A stretch of 64,000 nt of DNA from Mobula hypostoma (taxonomy: Eukaryota): contig NC_086107.1 of assembly GCF_963921235.1 (NCBI RefSeq), positions 98,272,001 to 98,336,000 on the forward strand, in the 5' to 3' direction. The stretch's first letter is position 1. Each line of letters begins with the position of its first letter. Positions 49,961-63,100 of this stretch are shown here, one piece after another. A model generated the notes under the pieces. That model was not told the DNA's origin and made no database searches. It was given only the letters and a program-made list of their open reading frames with translations. The translations under genes and the position numbers were made by a program.

Positions 49961-51561
49961 ACCTGGAAATTGTTATCTGGGAGCAGATAGTTTTTGTCTC
50001 TGTTGGGCACGGGTGATCCTAAACCTCCACAGGTCCACCCTGACTTCTCCCACTATTTTGCAAAAATCAGAATATACAGAGGGACATTAATAGTATATTG
50101 GAAAAAATTCAAGTGACATCCTGATAAAATGTTCATTTCCATCACTGTGAACTTTGTACAGTTCTGCCTGATCCTTTACATGTCTGTGCCAAATACAACA
50201 GCAACGTGTTCTCGGCATTCTCTGCGTTGGGCATACTTTCCATGAGTTCTACAACATGATGTGCTCCTGATTCATCTCGGAACTTCCCATTTGTTGGCTC
50301 CCTCTGTCTCAGTTTGGGAAGTATTTTTGATTTCATTTCCATCAACAAGGGCTTTGGTCACCCTTTCCTGTAAGTGGATGTGGTTGTAATAATCAACATA
50401 AAACATAGAACATGACAGCACAATATGGGCCCTTCGGCCCACAGTGTTGTGCTGACCTTTTAACCTACTCTGATCAATCTAACCCTTTCCTCCAACGTAG
50501 TCCTCCATTTTCTTATCATCCATCTGTCACCCATTAAAGAGTTTCTTAAATGTCCCTAATGTATCAGCCTCTACCAAAATGCCAAAGTCAAACTTCAACA
50601 TAATTCTGTTATCAAAGTGCATACGTGTCACCATATACAACGCTGAGATTCATTTTCTTGCGGGCATTCACAGCAGATACAAAGAAACGCCATAGTATCA
50701 ATGAAAGACCACACACAACAAGATGGACAAACAACCAATGTGCAAATACATGTGAAAACCCATGTGTAAAACACAATCATAATAATAATAATAATAATAA
50801 TTAATAAGCAATAAATACTAAGAACATGAGATGAAGAGTCCTCGAAAGTGAGTCCATAAGTTGTGGGCACAGTTCAGCGTTGGGCTGAGTTAAGTTATCC
50901 CCTCTGGTTCAATAGCCCAATAGTTGAAGAATAATAACTATTCCTCAACCTGGTGGTGTGGGTCCTGAGGTTCCTGTACCTCCTTCCTGATGGCAGCAAC
51001 GAGAAGGGAGAATGGCCTCGATGGTGGGGGTTTTTGATGATGATTTCCTGTGATAGGTCTCCTTGTAGATGTGCTCAGTGATGGGGAGGGACTTACCCGT
51101 GATGGATTGGGCCGTATCCACAACTTTTTCTGGGCGTTTTGATGGATTTGATGCCTCTGGGCCTCTGCTCTCTGGAATTCAGAAGAACGAGGGGTGAACT
51201 TATTGAAATCTATCAAATGTTGAAGGGCCTCGATAGAGTGGGTGTGGAAAGGATGCTTTCTATGGCGGGAGAGTCTGAGACCAGAGGACACAGCCTCTGA
51301 ATAGAGGGGTGTCCTTTTAGAACGGAGATGAGGAGGAATTTCTTTAGCCAGAGAGTGGTGAATTTGTGGAATTCATTGCTGCAGGTAGTTGTGGAGGCCA
51401 AGTCATTGGGTATATTTAAGGCAGAGGCTGCTAGATTCTTGACAGGCATGAAAGGATACAGGGAAAAGACAGGAGATTGGGGTTGAGAGGGAAAATGGAT
51501 CAGCCATGATGACATGGCGGGGCAGACTCAATGGGCCAGATGGCCTAATTCTACTCCTACG

Positions 51562-52179
51562 TCTTTTATGTCATTTAGTAATACATGCATTAAGAAATGA
51601 TAAAAATGTTTTTCCAGAATGATATCACGAAAACACATGACAAACTGACTTAAAAACTAACAAAAATCACGTAATTACAACATATAGTTACAACAGTGCA
51701 AAGCAATACTGTAATTTGATAAGAACAGACCATGGCACAGTAAAAGTCTCAGAGCCTCTCGAAAATCCCATCATCTCACGCAGACGGTAAACCTCCAGCG
51801 CCGCCAACTTGCCAATCCAGCATCCCGGAAGCGTCCAACCACAGTCCGACTCCAAGTCCGTCCGAAAAACATCCGAGCCTCCAACCACCTCTTCGACACT
51901 GATGCAACGAGCACCATCTCTGCCGAGCGTTTCGACCCCGGCCCCAGCAACAGGCAATAGGCAAAGCCGAGGATTTGGGGCCTTCGTCTCCGGAGATTCT
52001 CGATCGCACAGTAGCAGTGGCAGCAAAGCGGGCATTTCAGAAGTTTCTCCAGATGTTCCTCCGTGCTTCATGGCTGTCCCCATCAAACCCGGATTGTGCA
52101 CAGCACCCCTAGTTACACATATCGACATTCATTCGGAACGGGCGCGCGCGCTGCATCGCGCCATCTTCTCCTCCCTCCC
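51562..52179 (-). mobile_element. ~620 bp non-autonomous retroposon, copy 2
   Basis: Homologous to 33137-33787 with the same 5' start gggagggaggagaagatggcg; inserted in a CR1 tail. Confidence 0.7.
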
Positions 52180-53077
52180 TCTTATGGTTATATGGAGTTT
52201 CCGTACCAGAATGTGATGCAACCTGTCAGTGTACACTTCACCGCACATCTATACAAGTTTGTCAAAGTTTTAGATGATGTGCCAAATCTTCACAAACTTT
52301 GAAGAAAGTAGAGGCACTGCCATGTTTTCTTTGCAATGACGGTTACAGGCTGGACTCAGGCCAGGTCCTCTGAAACGATAATGCCAAGGAATTTAAAGTT
52401 GCTGACCCCTGGCAGGACATTCCACACGCCCACCAATCTCCGTGTAAAAAAACCCTAACAACGACATCCCCTCTATACTTTCCTCCAATCACCTGAAAAT
52501 TATGTTAGCCACTTCCACCCTTGGAAAAAGTCTGTGGCTATCTACTGAATCTAAGCCTCTTATGACCTAGTACTCCTCAGTCAGGTCACCTCTCATTTTC
52601 AGTCGCTCCAAAGGGAATAGCCCCAGTTTGTTCAATCTTTCCTTATAAAACATGGTCTCTAATCTAGGCAGCATCCTGGTAAATCTCCTCTGCACCATAT
52701 CCTTCCTATAATGAGGCGATCAGAAGTGAACACAATACTCCAAATAGTAAGTAAGTCACCTGGACCAGGTGGGCTACACGCTAGGATGTTGAAAGAGGCG
52801 GCTGAAGAGATTGTGGAGGCTTCAGTAGTGATCTTTCAAGAGTCACTAGATCTGGAATGGTTCCAATGACATGCAAATGTCACTCCACTCTTTAAGAAGG
52901 GAGGGAGGCAAAAGACAGGAAGTTATAGACCAATTAGCCTGATTTACATGTTGGGACGATGTTGGAGTCTACTATCAAGGATGAGGTTTTGAGGTATTTA
53001 GTGGCACATGATAAATATGCTGGACTTAGCATGGTTTCCTTAAGGAGAAATCTTGCCTGTCAAATCTGTTGGACAAA

Positions 53078-53534
53078 TAACGTCGTGGCTATCCCTCGAG
53101 GTTGAGGATGATGGTCTTCGTTCTGTAGATCTACTTATGGTCTCTCAAGTGGCTTATAAGTCCAACCTTGGCTTTGAAAGTTCTTCCGCATTCAGGACAG
53201 GTATTTCCAGATGGCAGATCGGGCTTTGGTTGTTGCTGCTTCTCTTTCCATTTTCTTCTAATTCTGCACATCTGTTGGCTTCGAAAGTTGCTGTTCCTTC
53301 TTAGATGATGGCTTGCCACAGTTTCCTGTCCTTGGCATTGGTTTCCCAATTGTTGATGTTGATGTTACATTTCTTCATGTTGGCTTTTATGACGTCTTTG
53401 AATCTCTTCTGTTGTCCGCCTCTTTTACGTTTGCCTTCTTTAAGCTGGGAGTAGAAGATTTGTTTCGGCAGACGTTCGTCTTTCATCCGATCAACATGAC
53501 CGCTCCACCTTAGTTGGTTCTTGATGAAGCAGGA
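53078..53534 (-). mobile_element. RTE-clade LINE 3' fragment inserted in an old CR1
   Basis: QLRWSGHVDRMKDERLPKQIFYSQL...RGGQQKRFKD and C2H2-like CPECGRTF...LISHLRDH; TSD tggacaaa at 53070-53077 and 53535-53542. Confidence 0.85.
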
Positions 53535-54629
53535 TGGACAAACGATGACCTGTGGATGTTGTGTACTTAGGTTTCCATAAGGCCTTTGACAACATGCCAC
53601 ACATGAGGCTGCTTAACAAGCTATGAGCTGTTACAGGAAACATTCTAGCATGGGTAAACCAGTGGCTGATTGGCAGAAGGCAAAGGATGGGAATAAAGGG
53701 AACCTTTTCTGGCTAGTTGCCAGTGTCTAGTGGTGTTCCACAGGGGTAGGTATTGGGGCTGCTTTTTTTTATGTTATATGTCAATGACTTGGATAGCAGA
53801 ATTGATGGCTTTGTGGCTAAGTGTGCAGATGATATGAAGATATGTTGAGGAAGCAGTGAGTCTGTAGAAGGACTTAGACAGATTGGGAGAACAGGCAAAG
53901 AAGTGGCAGATGAAATATAGTGTAGGGAAGTGCATGGTTATGTGCTTTGAAGCAATAAAAGTGTAGACTATTTTCTAAACAGGAAGCATATTCAGAAATA
54001 GGATATGCAAAGGGACTTGTGAGACTTTGAGCAGAATTCCCTAAATTGAACAGAACTCATTGCCTGCTGAGTCAGTGGTGAGGAATGCAAATGCAATGTT
54101 AGTATTCATTTCGATAGGACTAGAACATAAAAGCAAGGGTGTAATGCTGAGGCTTTATAAGGCATTGGTCAGACCACAGTTGGAGTATTGTGAGCAGTTC
54201 GTGGTGCCTTATCTGAAAAAGAATGTGCTTACATTGGAGAGGGTTCAGTGGAGGTTCAAGACAAAGATCCTGGGAGTGAAAGGGTTAACACATGAGGAAC
54301 ATGTGATGGGTCTGTCTGGGTCTGTACTCAATGGGCTTTAGGAAATGGTGGGGGGAGGGTGGAGGGAATATTGACAAGCCTAGATAGAGTGGACGTGGAA
54401 AGTTTGTTTCCTGTAGTGGGGGAGTCTAGGACCAGAGGGCACAGCCTCAGAATGAGGGACAAACCTTTGGAACAGAGATGAGGTAAAATTTCTTTAGCCG
54501 GAAGGTGATGTATGGAATTCATTGCCACAGACAGTTGTGGAAGCCAAGTCATTGAGTATATTTTAAACAGATGTTGATAGGTTCTTGATTCATGAGAGTG
54601 TCAAAGGTTAAGGGGAGAAAAGAGGAAAT

Positions 54630-55152
54630 AAATTGAATTGAATTGATTTTGTTACTTACATCCTTCATAAACATGAGGAGTAAAAATCTTTACGTTATGT
54701 ATAAATGTGCAATGTTCAATTTATAGTAATTTATAATAAATAGTATGTACAACGGGACAGTCAATATAACATAGAAATACAATTGTGCCACCATGAATTA
54801 ATCAGTCTGATGGCCTGGTGGAAGAAGCTGTCCCGGAGCCTGTTGGTCCTGGCTTTTATGCTGCGGTACCGTTTCCCGGATGGCAGCAGCTGGAACAGTT
54901 TGTGGTTGGGGTGACTCGGGTCCCCAATGATCCTTCGGGCCCTTTTCACACACCTGTCTCTGTAAATGTCCTGAATAGTGGGAAGTTCACATCTACAGAT
55001 GCGCTGGGCTGTCCGCACCACTCTCTGCAGAGTCCTGTGATTGAGGGAGGTACAGTTCCCGTACCAGGCAGTGATGCAGCCAGTCAGGATGCTCTCAATT
55101 GTGCCCCTGTAGAAAGTTCTTAGAATATGGGGGCCCATACCAAACTTCCTCA
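54630..55152 (-). mobile_element. Rex1/Babar LINE 3' fragment
   Basis: LRKFGMGPHILRTFYRGTIESILTGCITAWYG...SFFHQAIRLIN; (TTCAA)n tail. Confidence 0.85.
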
Positions 55153-58100
55153 AGGAGATCGAGGATGAGAAGGATAATAAATTAGCCATGAGGGAATAGC
55201 GGAGCAAATTTGATGGAGCAAATAGCCTAAACCTGCTCCCATGTCTTATAGTCTCATGGATTATATTTAAAAAAGATCGAGATGTCCAGGCACAGAAAGC
55301 ATCAAGGGATGTACGGGGAGAGATATTTTGGGAACTGGTACTGGTTTATTATTGTCCCAAGTACCAAGTTACAGTGAAAAACTTATCTTGCAGACTGTTC
55401 ATATAGATCAAATCAATACATTGAGGTAGAACAAGGTAAGACAATTATGATGCAGAATAAAGTGTAACAGCTACAAAGAAAATCCTGTGCGGGTAAACAA
55501 TAAGGTGCAAGATCAAAGCGAGATAGGTTATGGTAGATGTGGAAATATGGTATTGAGTAGGGGGACATGTTGAATGACAGAACATGCTTGAAGGCCAAGA
55601 TGGCTCCTATTTAGAACATAGAACGTAGAAGACTACGACGTTTTGCCGGCCTCTTAACCTACTCTAAGATCAATTCAACCCTTCCCTCCTACATTGCCCT
55701 CCATCATCCACGTACCATTTCTTAAAAGTCCCCAATGTACCTGCCTCTACCACCACCCTTGGCAGGGAATTTCCAAACACCCACAACTCTCTCTTTAAAG
55801 AACTTACCTCTGACAACCCCCACTATACTTTCCTTCAGTCACCTTAAAGTTAGTCATTTCCCCCCTGGGAAAAGTCTCTGGCTATCCAATCGATCCACGC
55901 CCCTTATCATTTCTTGTACACCTCCCATTCTCAATTCCTCCAAAGAGAAAAGCCTTCTCACTCACTCTTTCCTCATAATACATGCTCTCTAATCCAGGTG
56001 ACCAATCCTCTAGTTCAGGCAGCATCCTGGCAAATCTCCTCTGCAACCTCGCTAAAGCTTCCACATCTTTCCTTCAATGAGGCGACCAGAACTGAACACA
56101 ATATTCTAACCAAGGTTTTATAGCCCTGCAACACTTCTCATGGTCTTAATCCTTCAGGACACAGTAACAATAAACTTCCTACAGGTTCCAGGAATTCCAC
56201 TCCTAAAATGGGAGAGGTTTAAATGTTAAATCTGTCAGCCGGCTCCCAGCTTCCCAGATCAGCGTTGCTCCAATGGCCTCTTTGTGTCATTTGCTTTGAT
56301 TTGAACAATCCTATTGTTCTGTATTTAGATGTTGTTTTCCCCTCTGGATCACAGGGTGCTGATTGTTGCAGGCGTGACTTTAATCTCCTGCAGTATTTGA
56401 CAAGACAACCAAATGCATATACACAGCCAGTTCAGAAGCTGCTGCCTGCCCCTCATGAGCCTGGATTTGAAACAAAAATGACAACCAGACTTTCTGCAGA
56501 TCATCAGACCTTAACAGATCTGCCTAACTACATTCCAGCAGCCTCATCTAGTCACCTATCCATAAAGCACAAGATTTGCAGATGCTGGAAATCCAAAGCA
56601 ACACAGGTCAAATGTGGCGGGGGGGGGGTGGGGGGTGGGGGAGCTCAGTGGGTCAGAAAGCATCTATCGAGAGGGATAAATGGTCGTGCTTCGAGCTGAG
56701 ACGTCGACTGCTTATTCCTCTCCGTAGATGCTGCCTGACCTGCTGAGCTCCTCCTGCATCCTGTGTGTGTTGCAAAGGGAATATCCGTTCAGAAATCCCG
56801 CAGCAACTGCAGCCCACCCAGCAGCTCGTCTACTGGCCAATATGCTGTATCTTGTCCTCAGCCCGGCCAGAAGACTATCAGCCAGTCTAGAAACAATTAA
56901 ATGCTAATTGCATCTATCTTTACATCTCAGTCACAGTCCAGTTGTACAAACAATGCGACGAGACAAAAAATGCATGTGGTACTAGTCACGGTCCCGGCCA
57001 AACTAAGGGACGATTGTTGGTCTGGATCCCAGAATTCCCCACCCAATGCACAACTGGCATTAGGAACCCTTACTCCTTCATTTCCAAACTCTCCTCTCTT
57101 TGAATTTGCAGTTGACTGCCTTTCCGTTCTCAGAGCAGGTGTTCGTTCTGGTATCCCACATCCTTGGAGAACATTGCAGGTCTTAAAGATGGCCATTTAC
57201 CTCAGGAAAATGGGATTATGCTATCTCCAATATATTCCTAGAGGCTCTGAGAGATAGGAAACACAGCAACCCCAGACAGGAAGAAAGTTAAGAGTGAGAT
57301 TCTTCAATTAAAATGCCATGATTGATGGAATCTTGTCTCTTTAACTGAGCTCCTGGATGAAACGCGGATGGCTCACACATTGTCTCTTTAGATTTACTCT
57401 CCCTTTCACACTTGTACTAAAACACACAGGCACTGCCATTTGCAGCAATATTGCCAGGCAGCCTCATAATTACATAGCCAACACAGCCACCTTGACAGCC
57501 ACACACAAATTAGCAGAATCCCTGACACTCTGATTCACCCTGTCAAAAATGCCACAGTTAAGTAACAAACAACAATGAGATGGCTGAGTTCCAACCAAAC
57601 ACCACTATTACATTCCTTCCCACTGAGCTATTTATAGCCTGACTCTCTAGCCTCGTGCATTGGATAGCATTTAAGATCAACATCTTCGGACTGGGCTCCA
57701 ACGCGCTAATAACTTAGTCTGTGTCAGTTCAGAACCTACATGTTCAGAATCAAGTTTAATAACACTGGCATATCGTGAAATTTGTTAACTTTGCGACAGC
57801 AGTACAATGCAATACATGGTAATAAAGGAAAATGTTAATTACACTAATTATATATATACAATGCCTATAAAAAGTATTCACCCCCTCTCCTTGGAAGTTT
57901 TCATGTTTTATTGTTTTACAACATTGGATTTAATTTGGCTTTTTTGACACTGATCAACAGAAAAAGACTTTCGTGTCAAAGTGAAAACAGATCTCTACAA
58001 AGTGATCTAAATTTATTACAGATATAAAACACAAAATAATTGATTGTATTAAGTATTCGCCCCCTTTAATATGACACACCAAATCATCACTGGTGCAGCC

Positions 58101-58605
58101 AGTTTGGTTTAGAAGTCACATAATTAGTTAGATGGAGGTCACCATGTGCAATGAGGTTGTTTCAATTGATTGTAGTAAAAATACATCTGTATCTGAAAAG
58201 TTCAATTGCTGGAGAGTCAGTATCCTGGCAAAAACTACACCATGAAGACAAGCCAACACTCCAAGCAACTCCGTGGAAAGGTTATTGAAAAGCACAAGTC
58301 AGGAGATGGATACAAGAAAATTTCAAAGTCACTGAATATCCCTTGGAGTACAGTTAAATCAATCATCAAGAAATGGAAAGAATATGGCACAGCTGTAAAT
58401 CTGCCTAGAGCAGGCTGTCCTCAAAAACTGAGTGAGGGAGGCCGCCAAGAAACCTGTGACAATTCTGGAGGAGTTACAAGCTTCAATGCCTGAGACGGGA
58501 GAGACTGTACATACAACAAAGGTTGCCCGGTTTCTTCACCAGTTGCAGCTTTATGGGAGAGTGGCGAAGAGAAAGCCACTGTTGAAAAAAATCACATGAA
58601 ATGTG

Positions 58606-59043
58606 ATTTCGTTATTTTTTTTTCTCCAACGGCTTTCTGAGAGGCAGGACTGCGCAGGCGTGTGACGTCGGGCAGTGCAGCGCGGCAGATTTAAAAGGGC
58701 AGACATCCTGCTTCGGATTTGATTCGAAGAAGGAGTCTGAGAGTCTGAGTGGGAGTGCCGAGAAAGAGATTTTTGAAATTTTCGTTATTTTTTTTTCTCC
58801 AACGGCTTTCTGAGAGGCGGGACTGCGCAGGCGTGTGACGTCGGGCAGTGCAGCGCGGCAGATTTAAAAGGGCAGACATCCTGCTTCGGATTTGATTCGA
58901 AGAAGGAGTCTGAGAGTCTGAGTGGGAGTGCCGAGAAAGAGATTTTTGAAATTTTCGTTATTTTTTTTCTCCAACGGCTTTCTGAGAGGCGGGACTGCGC
59001 AGGCGTGTGACGTCGGGCAGTGCAGCGCGGCAGATTTAAAAGG
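58606..59043 (+). promoter_or_regulatory. Tandem 172-173 bp CpG-rich 5' UTR monomers (about 2.5 copies) with promoter-like motifs
   Basis: ctccaacggc recurs at 58624, 58797 and 58969; units carry ggcggg (ggcagg in the first), tgcgcaggcg, tgacgtc and tttaaaa in that order. Confidence 0.75.
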
Positions 59044-59205
59044 AACAAAGCCTCATAGAGCGGGCAGCGTAGTTTGCGGGCGGCGGAGTGAGCCGGGAGC
59101 AGAGTGAAGACTTAAGGGCTTCGGCTCAACGGGCTTAGGCGGAAGCGGGCGAGGCGAGGAAGGTTTGACATTCATTTTCTGTTGCTATTTGAGGAGAGGG
59201 GCATT

Positions 59206-60141
59206 ATGACTGTGAGGGCAGTTTGCTGTTCTCGGTGTCGGATGTGGGAGGCCCTGGAGTCTCCAAGCCTCCCGGACGTCTACATCTGCGCCAAGTGCAT
59301 CGAGATGCAGCTCCTAAGGGACCGCGTTACGGAACTGGAGCTGCAGCTCGATGACCTTCGTCTGGTCAGGGAGAGCGAGGAGGTGATAGAGAGGAGTGGA
59401 AGGCAGGTGGTCACGCCGGGGCCACGGGAGGCAGACAAGTGGGTCACGGTTAGGAGAGGGAAGGGGAAAAGGCAGGTGATGAGGAGTACCCCGGCGGCTG
59501 TGCCCCTTAACAACAGGTACTCCTGTTTGAGTACTGTTGGGGGGGACAGCTTACCCGGGGGAAGCGACAGTGGCCCTGCCTCCGGCACAGAGTCTGGCCC
59601 TGTAGCTCAGAAGGGTAGGGCAAGGAAGAGGAGGGCAGTTGTGATAGGGGACTCGATAGTAAGGGGGTCAGATAGGCGATTCTGTGGACGCAGTCCAGAG
59701 ACTCGGATGGTAGTTTGCCTCCCTGGTGCCAGGGTCCGGGATATTTCTGATCGTGTCCAAGATATCCTGAAGTGGGAGGGTGAAGAGCCAGAGGTCCTGG
59801 TACATATAGGTACCAATGACATAGGTAGGAAAAGGGATGAGGTCCTGAAAGAAGAATATAGGGAGCTAGGAAGGGAGTTGAGAAAAAGGACCGCAAAGGT
59901 AGTAATCTCGGGATTACTGCCTGTGCCACGCGACAGTGAGAGTAGGAATGCGATGAGGTGGAGGATAAATGCGTGGCTGAGGGATTGGAGCAGGGGGCAG
60001 GGATTCAAGTTTTTGGATCATTGGGACCTCTTTTGGCGTAGGTGTGACCTGTACAAAAAGGACGGGTTACACTTAAATCCTAGGGGGACCAATATCCTGG
60101 CAGGGAGATTAGCGGGGGCTACTGAGGTGACTTTAAACTAG
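59206..60141 (+). CDS. CR1 ORF1 protein (311 aa): Zn finger, coiled coil, SGNH/GDSL esterase
   Basis: First ATG at 59206; CSRC...CAKC, heptad LLRDRVTELELQLDDL, GDS / PGA / HIGTND / DGLH blocks. Confidence 0.93.
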   Translation: MTVRAVCCSRCRMWEALESPSLPDVYICAKCIEMQLLRDRVTELELQLDDLRLVRESEEVIERSGRQVVTPGPREADKWVTVRRGKGKRQVMRSTPAAVPLNNRYSCLSTVGGDSLPGGSDSGPASGTESGPVAQKGRARKRRAVVIGDSIVRGSDRRFCGRSPETRMVVCLPGARVRDISDRVQDILKWEGEEPEVLVHIGTNDIGRKRDEVLKEEYRELGRELRKRTAKVVISGLLPVPRDSESRNAMRWRINAWLRDWSRGQGFKFLDHWDLFWRRCDLYKKDGLHLNPRGTNILAGRLAGATEVTLN

Positions 60142-63100
60142 AATGGTTGGGGGGTGGGAATCAAATTAAAGCGGCTAGGTGTGAGGAGGTTAGTTCACAA
60201 CAGAGGGATGGGAACCAGTGCAGAGAGACAGAGGAGTGTAAAGTGAGCGTAGAAGCAAAAAGTACAAAGGGGAAAAGTAAAAGTGGCAGGCCGACAAATC
60301 CAGGGCAAGCATTAAAAAGGGCTAAGAGAGTTGTAAAAGAGCGCCTGAAGGCTTTATGTGTCAATGCAAGGAGCATTCGTAATAAGGTGGATGAATTGAA
60401 AGTGCAGATTGTTATTAATGATTATGATATAGTTGGGATCACAGAGACATGGCTCCAGGGTGACCAGGGATGGGAGCTCAACGTTCAGGGATATTCAATA
60501 TTCAGGAGGGATAGACACGAAGGAAGGGGAGGTGGGGTGGCGTTGCTGGTTAAAAAAGAGATTAACGCAATAGAAAGGAAGGACATAAGCCGGGAAGATG
60601 TGGAATCGATATGGGTAGAGCTGCGTAACACTAAGGGGCAGAAGACGCTGCTGGGAGTTGTGTACAGGCCACCTAACAGTAGTAGTGAGGTCGGAGATGG
60701 TATTAAACAGGAAATTAGAAATGTGTGCAATAAAGGAACAGCAGTTATAATGGGTGACTTCAATCTACATGTAGACTGGGTGAACCAAATTGGTAAAGGT
60801 GCTGAGGAAGAGGATTTCTTGGAATGTATGCGGGATGGTTTTTTGAACCAACATGTCGAGGAACCGACTAGAGAGCAGGCTATTCTGGACTGGGTTTTGA
60901 GCAATGAGGAAGGGTTAATTAGCGATCTTGTCGTGAGAGGCCCCTTGGGTAAGAGTGACCATAATATGGTGGAATTCTTCATTAACATGGAGAGTGACGT
61001 AGTTAATTCAGAAACAAAGGTTCTGAACTTAAAGAGGGGTAACTTTGAAGGTATGAGACATGAATTAGCTAAGATAGACTGGCAAATGACACTTCAAGGA
61101 TTGACGGTGGATATGCAATGGCAGGCATTTAAAGGTTGCATGGATGAACTACAACAATTGTTCATCCCAGTTTGGCAAAAGAATAAATCAAGGAAGGTAG
61201 TGCACCCGTGGCTGACAAGAGAAATTAGGGATAGTATCAATTCCAAAGAAGTAGCATACAAATTAGCCAGAGAAAGTGGCTCACCTGAGGACTGGGAGAA
61301 ATTCAGAGTTCAGCAGAGGAGGACAAAGGGCTTAATTAGGAAGGGGAAAAAAGATTATGAGAGAAAACTGGCAGAGAACATAAAAACGGACTGTAAAAGC
61401 TTTTATAGATATGTAAAAAGGAAAAGACTGATAAAGACAAATGTAGGTCCCCTGCAAACAGAAACAGGTGAATTGATTATGGGGAGCAAGGACATGGCAG
61501 ACCAATTGAATAATTACTTTGGTTCTGTCTTCACTAAGGAGGACATAAATAATCTTCCAGAAATAGTAAGGGACAGAGGGTCCAGTGAGATGGAGGAACT
61601 GAGCGAAATACATGTTAGTAGGGAAGTGGTGTTAGGTAAATTGAAGGGATTGAAGGCAGATAAATCCCCAGGGCCAGATGGTCTGCATCCCAGAGTGCTT
61701 AAGGAAGTGGCCCAAGAAATAGTGGATGCATTAGTGATAATTTTTCAAAACTCGTTAGATTCTGGACTAGTTCCTGAGGATTGGAGGGTGGCTAATGTAA
61801 CCCCACTTTTTAAAAAAGGAGGGAGAGAGAAACCGGGGAATTATAGGCCGGTTAGCCTAACGTCGGTGGTGGGGAAACTGCTGGAGTCAGTTATCAAGGA
61901 TGTGATAACAGCACATTTGGAAAGCGGTGAAATGATCGGACAAAGTCAGCATGGATTTGTGAAAGGAAAATCATGTCTGACGAATCTCATAGAATTTTTT
62001 GAGGATGTAACTAGTAGAGTGGATAGGGGAGAACCAGTGGATGTGGTATATTTGGATTTTCAAAAGGCTTTTGACAAGGTCCCACACAGGAGATTAGTGT
62101 GCAAACTTAAAGCACATGGTATTGGGGGTAAGGTATTGGTGTGGGTGGAGAATTGGTTAGCAGACAGGAAGCAAAGAGTGGGAATAAACGGGACCTTTTC
62201 AGAATGGCAGGCGGTGACTAGTGGGGTACCGCAAGGCTCAGTGCTGGGACCCCAGTTGTTTACAATATATATTAATGACTTGGATGAGGGAATTAAATGC
62301 AGCATCTCCAAGTTTGCGGATGACACGAAGCTGGGTGGCAGTGTTAGCAGTGAGGAGGATGCTAAGAGGATGCAGGGTGACTTGGATAGGTTGGGTGAGT
62401 GGGCAAACTCATGGCAGATGCAATTTAATGTGGATAAATGTGAAGTTATCCACTTTGGTGGCAAAAATAGGAAAACAGATTATTATCTGAATGGTGGCCG
62501 ATTAGGAAAAGGGGAGGTGCAACGAGACCTGGGTGTCATTATACACCAGTCATTGAAAGTGGGCATGCAGGTACAGCAGGCGGTGAAAAAGGCGAACGGT
62601 ATGCTGGCATTTATAGCGAGAGGATTCGAGTACAGGAGCAGGGAGGTACTACTGCAGTTGTACAAGGCCTTGGTGAGACCACACCTGGAGTATTGTGTGC
62701 AGTTTTGGTCCCCTAATCTGAGGAAAGACATCCTTGCCATAGAGGGAGTACAAAGAAGGTTCACCAGATTGATTCCTGGGATGGCAGGTCTTTCATATGA
62801 AGAAAGACTGGATGAACTGGGCTTGTACTCGTTGGAATTTAGAAGATTGAGGGGGGATCTGATTGAAACGTATAAGATCCTAAAGGGATTGGACAGGCTA
62901 GATGCGGGAAGATTGTTCCCGATGTTGGGGAGGTCTAGAACGAGGGGTCACAGTTTGAGGATAGAGGGGAAGCCTTTTAGGACCGACGTTAGGAAAAACT
63001 TCTTCACACAGAGAGTGGTGAATCTGTGGAATTCTCTGCCACAGCAAACTGTTGAGGCCAGTTCATTAGCTATGTTTAAAAGGAAGTTAGATATGGCCCT

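Noticed and set aside
50142..50380. Possible host exon in unique sequence (68-aa minus ORF, splice-like sites near 50370)
   Set aside because: No recognisable homology, weak polypyrimidine tract and no partner exons.
56901..57260. 118-aa ORF and a minus-strand AG/GT-bounded ~46-nt segment
   Set aside because: No domain recognised; the putative exon has stops in all three frames.
58691..59107. Short ORFs in the CR1 5' region
   Set aside because: Repeated peptides are translations of the tandem monomers.
60143..60169. TAGAATG stop-restart signal for ORF2
   Set aside because: The ATG is not in the ORF2 frame and ends at TAA after 8 codons.
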